64,000 bases of DNA, taken from assembly GCA_963732985.1 (NCBI GenBank), contig CAVTBP010000010.1, forward strand, positions 23,986 through 87,985. Reading direction: 5' to 3'. The notes under the pieces were generated by a model. It made no database searches and had not been told where the DNA came from. It saw nothing but the letters and a program-made list of their open reading frames with translations. How positions within the stretch are numbered: position 1 is the first letter of the stretch; each line of letters starts with the position of its first letter. This document shows positions 58,863 through 64,000 of the stretch, piece after piece. The stretch is from an uncultured Actinomycetes bacterium. GTDB lineage: Bacteria > Actinomycetota > Thermoleophilia > Gaiellales > Gaiellaceae. The position numbers and the translations under genes are program-made.

Positions 58863-58914
58863 AGTCCATCACTTATCCGGTTAAGTGTCAAGCCTGTACT
58901 TGAACGGTTAAGTA
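58863..58914 (-). promoter_or_regulatory. promoter TTGACA-N17-TGGACT with two LacI-type operators
   Basis: CACTTATCCGGTTAAGTG (58870-58887) lies between -35 and -10; TACTTGAACGGTTAAGTA (58897-58914). Confidence 0.8.
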
Positions 58915-58974
58915 TCGGTGACCGCGTGAGGGGACGCCGGCGCCCCCTGGCTCGCGAGCGCGCGCGGCGCTGCT

Positions 58975-60039
58975 CTACAGCGCCGGCCGCCGCGCCGGTG
59001 CGGCGGGCGCGGGCCCGGTGCTCGCGCGCGGAGTGAGCTCGGCGCGCGGGGTCTCGACGTCCTGGCGATCGTCCGGATCGTCGATCAGTGCGAGGAGCCG
59101 CTCGCAGGCTAGCGCGCCGTAGGCGGCGATGTCGCGGCTCAGGGTCGTCAGCGGCGGATGGACGACCGGCAGAGGAGCGAGTCGTCCCAGGCGACGATCG
59201 AGACGTCGTCGGGGACCGAGAACCCCATCTGCTGCGCGACACCGAGCCCGGTCACGGCGAGCACGTCGCTGTCGTAGGCGATCGCCGTGGGCGGCTCGGG
59301 CTCGGACAGCAGCTGGCGGGTGGCTCGCGCACTGCTCTCGGGCGTGTAGTCCGTCGAGACGACTCGCGCCGACAGCCCGAGCTCACGGGTGACCTCCTCG
59401 AAGGCCTCCGTCCGGACGGTGCTGTGCACGAAGGCCGGCACGCCGGCGACCCGCGCGACCCGCGTGTGACCGAGGGCCGCCAGGTAGCGCACCAGCTCGC
59501 ACCACGGCAGCCTGCTCGTCGTGCCACACGGCAGGCAGCACGCCGTTCTCGGCGGTCCGCCCACCACGACGGCCGGCAGCCCGAGTGCTCGAGCACTCGA
59601 GGCCGCGGATCGTCGACGCGCAGGTCGACGACGAGCACGCCGTCGACACGACGCTCGGCCCACCAGCGGCGGTAGACGGCGACCTCACTCTCGAGGTCGG
59701 TGGCGAGCTGGAGGGTCAGCGCGATCGAGCGCGGCGACGAGCTCGGACTCGACGCCGGCGAGGAACTCGGGGAAGAAGGTCTCGACGGCGAGCGTGCGCG
59801 CCGGACGGGCGAGCACGAGCCCGCACGCGCCCGCGCGCGCCGCGGAGAGCGAGCGAGCGGCGCTGTTCGGGTGCCAGCCGAGCTCGTCCGCGATCCTGGA
59901 GGATGCGCGCCCGCGTCTCGTCGGAGAGCCCCGGTCGGCCGTTGAGCGCGTACGAGACCGCGCCCTTGGAGACGCCCGGCCCGCTTCGCGATGTCGTTGA
60001 TCGTCACCCTGCGCGCGTCGAGCCGGGCCGCTCAGCCAC
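58975..60039 (-). CDS. LacI family transcriptional regulator (frameshifted, ends approximate)
   Basis: VTINDIAKRAG.SKGAVSYALN, ELGWHPNSAARSL, PTAI...DVLA, VPDDVSIVAWDD. Confidence 0.92.
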
Positions 60040-60195
60040 AGTCGACTCCCGCCGTCGCAGTTCACGCGCCCGCTCGCGGCGCCGGTCGGCAACGCTACAC
60101 AGCGGGCGTCGGCACGTGCCCGCGCGCCACGTCGGCTCTCCGGCATCGACTGCTGCGAGTCGGTGGCATGTTCTGACGGCATCGAGTATGGTCTT

Positions 60196-60209
60196 CTATA
60201 CCGGTTCAG
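60196..60209. promoter_or_regulatory. third LacI-type operator between lacI and GH1
   Basis: CTATACCGGTTCAG, similar to the 58870-58914 sites, just after TATGGT -10 (60187-60192). Confidence 0.6.
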
Positions 60210-60237
60210 TAACGTCGATGCAGAAGGAGTGTCTCGC

Positions 60238-61617
60238 TTGAACGACTAAAGTGAACCACTTTCCCTCCTCGTTCGTCTGGGGCGCGGCCACGGCCGCATA
60301 CCAGATCGAGGGCGCCGTCGAACGAGGACGGGCGCGGCGAGAGCATCTGGGACCGCTTCAGCGCCGAGCCGGGAAACGTCCGCAACGGCGACGACGGCGC
60401 CGTCGCGTGCGACACGTATCACCGCTACCCGGAGGACGTCCGGCTGATGCGCGAGCTCGGTCTCGGCGCCTTCCGGTTCTCGATCGCCTGGCCGCGCGTG
60501 CTCCCGGACGGGACGCGGCAAGCCGAACGCGGCGGGGCTCGACTTCTACGACCGCCTCGTCGACGAGCTGCTCGCGAACGGGATCGAGCCGTTCGCGACC
60601 CTCTACCACTGGGACCTGCCGCAGGCGCTCGAGGATCGCGGTGGCTGGCCGTCCCGTGACACGGTCGGCGCCTTCGCCGAGTACGTGGAGGCCGTCGTCG
60701 GGCGCCTCGGCGACCGGGTCCGCACCTGGATCACGCAGAACGAGCCCTGGGTGATCTCGTGGCTCGGCTACGGGCTCGGCCTGCACGCGCCCGGCCGCCG
60801 CAGCGAGCCCGACGCGCTCGCCGCCGCGCACAACGTCCTCCTGTCCCATGGCCGGGCCGTGGAGATTCTGCGGCGCGATGCGCCAGGATCGCGGGTCGGG
60901 ATCACGATCGACCTCGTCGAGATCCAGCCGCTCACCGACGCTCCGACGCGGATCTCGCCGCGCGAAGCTGCAGGACGGGTCGCGCAACCGCTGGTATCTC
61001 GATCCGGTCCTGCGCGGCGAGTACCCCGCCGACATGGTGGAGCACTACGGGCCGAGCCTGCCGACGATCGCCGACGGCGACATGGAGACGATCGCCGCGC
61101 CGATCGACTTCATGGGCGTCAACTACTACACGCGCAGCGTGGTGCGCGCGTCCGCGGAGCGGGACCGCGGTCACCGCCTCCCCGCTCGAGGACGTCGAAC
61201 GGACCGCGATGGGCTGGGAGGTGTACCCGGACGGCTTGTACCGGCTGCTCGTGCGCCTGAACGAGGAGTACGACGTACCGCCGCTGTACGTCACCGAGAA
61301 CGGGGCCGCATACGTCGACGGCCGGCGCCATGACGGGAGCGTCGACGACCCGGAGCGGATCGCCTACCTGCGCGCGCCACATCGACGCGGTCGGTCGGGC
61401 GATCGCCGACGGCGTCCGCGTCGACGGCTACTTCGTGTGGTCGCTGCTCGACAACTTCGAGTGGGGTCACGGCTACTCCCAGCGCTTCGGGCTCGTCTAC
61501 GTCGACTACCCCACGCTGGAGCGGGTGCCGAAGCAGAGCTACCGGTGGTACCGCGACCTGATCTCCGCTCGCAGCGCTCCGCCCACCCGCGAATCGAGCG
61601 CCGTCGCGCGGTCCTGA
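60238..61617 (+). CDS. GH1 beta-glucosidase (frameshifted)
   Basis: [63 protein letters not shown] before TTG 60238; alternative GTG at 60251. Confidence 0.96.
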
Positions 61618-61717
61618 CGGCAACGCACAAGCCCGAGCACCGCGTTCGCCCTCCGACACGGTGCCCGGGTCGTAGGGGCGGATCGGTGTCCGCCCCTACG
61701 ACCACTTTCTGGAGTCG

Positions 61718-61996
61718 CTACTCGCCGCCGCCGCCGGGCGGGACGCTCGGACATGCGCCGTTGACCGGAGGGACGTCCGGGTTGTTGTTCGGGCCGTGTC
61801 CCGGCGCGGTGCCGTCGAGGTGGCCGTTGAGCGCGCTCGAATCGACCGAGATGAGCGCATACGGATTCGGCTCGGACGCGGTCCCGTGGCACAGGAGAAC
61901 CTTGTCCTCGTTTGCGGCGCTGCCAACGCCCGCGAACGCCGTGGCGGCGATGGCGAAGGCGGCCATGGTGGCACGACCTGCGGAGATGCGTTTCAT
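61718..61996 (-). CDS. small secreted protein with KVxLCH motif
   Basis: Signal peptide, then DKVLLCHGTASEPNPYALISV...GHL..GHG...GAC. Confidence 0.72.
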   Translation of the reverse strand: MKRISAGRATMAAFAIAATAFAGVGSAANEDKVLLCHGTASEPNPYALISVDSSALNGHLDGTAPGHGPNNNPDVPPVNGACPSVPPGGGGE

Positions 61997-62109
61997 TTCC
62001 GGCTGACCTCTCTGTCGAGGGCTTCACCAGCAGAGGTCGGAGGCGCAGGCACGGGGCGCGATCGCTCGCGCGAGTGAACGCGGTTCGCCGCGGGGGCTAT
62101 GCTCGGCGG

Positions 62110-62517
62110 GTGGCGGAGGAGCAGGTGCTGATCGAGCGTGACGACGTTCCGGTGATGTTCAAGCGCGTCGCCGACGAACCTGACGCGATCACCAGCGGTG
62201 TGGCCGATGTGGAGGAAGCGGTCGGCCTGCGCGGGAGGAAGTACTACGGCGCGTTCGACGCAGATGGCGACGAGTACCGCGTGTGCGTGCAACTCCGGGA
62301 CGGTGACGATCCGGAGGCGCTCGGGCTGGAGGTGGGAACGCTGCCCGGCGGCCGCTATGCGCGCGTGCGCCTCACCGGCGAGCCGCCCGAGGTCTACCGA
62401 CTGATCGGGCCGACGTTCGAGCGGCTGTCACAGCGCCCCGATCGCGACCGCTCGCGTCCCGGGATCGAGTATTACCGGCGCCGGGACGTGATCGACCTGC
62501 TGCTCCCGGTCGTCTGA
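62110..62517 (+). CDS. GyrI-like small-molecule-binding domain protein
   Basis: YYGAFD...YRVCV...TLPGGRYAR...RPGIEYY; TATGCT 6 nt before GTG. Confidence 0.75.
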   Translation: MAEEQVLIERDDVPVMFKRVADEPDAITSGVADVEEAVGLRGRKYYGAFDADGDEYRVCVQLRDGDDPEALGLEVGTLPGGRYARVRLTGEPPEVYRLIGPTFERLSQRPDRDRSRPGIEYYRRRDVIDLLLPVV

Positions 62518-62585
62518 CCCGCCGACCTCGCCTCGGCATCGCCGACGCAGGGACACCCGCGACGTATCGCCGTGCGAGCTCGCGG

Positions 62586-63245
62586 TCAGCGACGTCGCGT
62601 CCAGTAGACCTGCGTCTCCCACAGCCGTCGATACTCGCCCGCCGTGAGAAGCCTTCTCACCTCTGCGAGCAGCGGTAGGCGCTCGTCGTCGGGGAGGTCG
62701 CCCACCCAGCCCATCGAGGCGTAGAACGCAACGAGCCCGTCGCGGTCGAGCGTCTGCGGGTTCGGTAGCCGCAACTCCTCGAGAGGCTCGAAGCTCGGCA
62801 CGGCGAGCGGCCAGTCGTTCGCCGCGTAGCCCGGGCTGCCGAGGTCGAGCGGGATGTAGGGCACCTGGCTCGGGCCACGCTCCGTCAGCAGCTCCTCCGC
62901 CGCTGCGGCCGACGGCATCCATGGTCCTGCCGGGACGTTGAACATCAACACGACCGCCCCACCCGGACGCAGGACGCGGGCGACCTCGGCGACCGGTCGA
63001 TCGTCGTCGAACTTGTGGAAGGACTGGGCGGCGAAGACTGCATCGACAGAGGCATCCGCGACCGGGATCTCCTCGGCGGTTCCGGAGACAGCTTCGGCCT
63101 GCGGACAGAGGGAGACGAGCATGCGACGCATCGCATCGGCTGGTTCCACCGCGACCACCCGGTCGAACGCGGAGACGAGCCGGCGCGTCAGCTTGCCCGT
63201 GCCCGCACCCAGATCGAGCACGGTGGCGCTCGACGGCAGAACGCC
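62586..63245 (-). CDS. class I SAM-dependent methyltransferase, 5'-truncated at the composition break
   Basis: VLDLGAGTGKLT, AVEP, GTAEEIP, AQSFH, RVLRPGG; the N-terminal segment expected before motif I is missing. Confidence 0.85.
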   Translation of the reverse strand, partial: GVLPSSATVLDLGAGTGKLTRRLVSAFDRVVAVEPADAMRRMLVSLCPQAEAVSGTAEEIPVADASVDAVFAAQSFHKFDDDRPVAEVARVLRPGGAVVLMFNVPAGPWMPSAAAAEELLTERGPSQVPYIPLDLGSPGYAANDWPLAVPSFEPLEELRLPNPQTLDRDGLVAFYASMGWVGDLPDDERLPLLAEVRRLLTAGEYRRLWETQVYWTRRR

Positions 63246-63437
63246 CAGGGCTTTATGCTGCGCTAATATACTGTGGTTGTCAGCCGGAACATAAGACCAT
63301 TGGAAAACATTTGCGCCAGTAGAAAATTATTGTCAAAAATAATGGATGGGTCGAACGTAGGCTAAAGCATCTTTATTAATTACAATAAAAACGCGTCCCT
63401 CTCCGCCATGGCAGGTGTTCCCAAAAAATAGCACGCC

Positions 63438-63480
63438 GTGGCGGGTGTACTGAGCTTGTCGAAGTATCTCCACCCGCCAC
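63438..63480. repeat. REP-like element CTGAGCTTGTCGAAG inside a 10-bp inverted repeat
   Basis: GTGGCGGGTG...CACCCGCCAC arms; the core resembles a repeat I recall from Bacteroidota genomes. Confidence 0.55.
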
Positions 63481-63697
63481 ACGAACTAAAGCCTTTCTTT
63501 CCAGACGAGTCTCTTTCTTGAACAGTTTCTAAACGTTCCCAAGCTCTCGTACCTTACAACCAAATTGAAAAAATGCTGATAAAGTCCATGACTTTCAACA
63601 GAAAAAATGGTCTGTTAATTGCCCGAAACTTAGTTTAAAGAATCGGAAGCCGACTACCGGATGGGCTATATCTTCAAACATCAAATGACAAAGACCT

Positions 63698-63905
63698 ATG
63701 GCTGATACTTCAACGAAGACTCTCTCCGATGATGCACCCCGGACAAACCGCTACTCACTATGACGAGTTTTTCGGTCCCCTGTACTTTGAACCCTATGCC
63801 ATAGAAGTAGCCAAACGAATTGATCCCGCCGGGGTTGCTGTTGTACTTGAAATTGCCGCCGGGACAGGCCGCGTTACCCGTCATACCCGGAGCGTATCTC
63901 GCCTG
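63698..63905 (+). pseudogene. N-terminal fragment of a SAM-dependent methyltransferase
   Basis: YDEFFGPLYFEPYA.E...VLEIAAGTGRVTRH, then similarity is lost. Confidence 0.65.
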
Positions 63906-64000
63906 CCGACCAGACCGCTTCCGTCTGTTCCATTTCATCCAATGCATTAAATTGGTAGAGTGTCATCAGTCAGCTATTGCTGAATCATAACAGGCTGTAT

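Larger units (their letters stand above)
63246..64000. other. AT-richer foreign segment, Bacteroidota-like; probable chimeric/misassembled end
   Basis: Abrupt drop in GC with A/T runs; truncates the upstream gene; contains gene fragments. Confidence 0.8.

Overview
About 63.2 kb of very GC-rich (visually >70%) actinobacterial chromosome, most like Thermoleophilia/Gaiellales (inferred from gene content and style), followed by about 750 bp of abruptly AT-richer, Bacteroidota-like sequence that is probably a chimeric join. Most genes, including essential ones (pheS, pheT, thrS, lpdA), are broken by single-base indels. This points to uncorrected long-read error, so gene boundaries are reconstructed across frames and approximate. 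Content in order: UDPGP-family nucleotidyltransferase, mtnA and ahcY; a membrane PAS-GGDEF-EAL protein; a cell-envelope block (cupin, NDP-sugar synthase, ugd, SGNH + MBOAT O-acetylation pair, CapA, LCP); hisC; a 2-oxoacid/acetoin dehydrogenase operon; pheST; tandem methyltransferases; lemA-DUF2207; thrS-infC-rpmI-rplT-trmH; DUF1800-DUF1501-cupredoxin; yihY; a C39 peptidase; acyl-CoA dehydrogenase + GntR; a six-gene MoxR/DUF58/VWA operon; and a LacI-controlled glycoside-utilisation locus (GH5, family-5 ABC transporter, TIM-barrel isomerase, Gfo/Idh/MocA, GH1). No tRNA, rRNA, CRISPR array or transposase was seen. I cannot claim a clearly new system. The best leads are mostly non-coding: a dispersed GNCWGNC-core palindrome family, an L20-leader-like attenuator with a probable CUU start of infC, an infC/rpmI overlap, sigma-28/WhiG-like promoters, pervasive leaderless-type promoters including a 24-bp bidirectional one, and the orphan MoxR/VWA operon.
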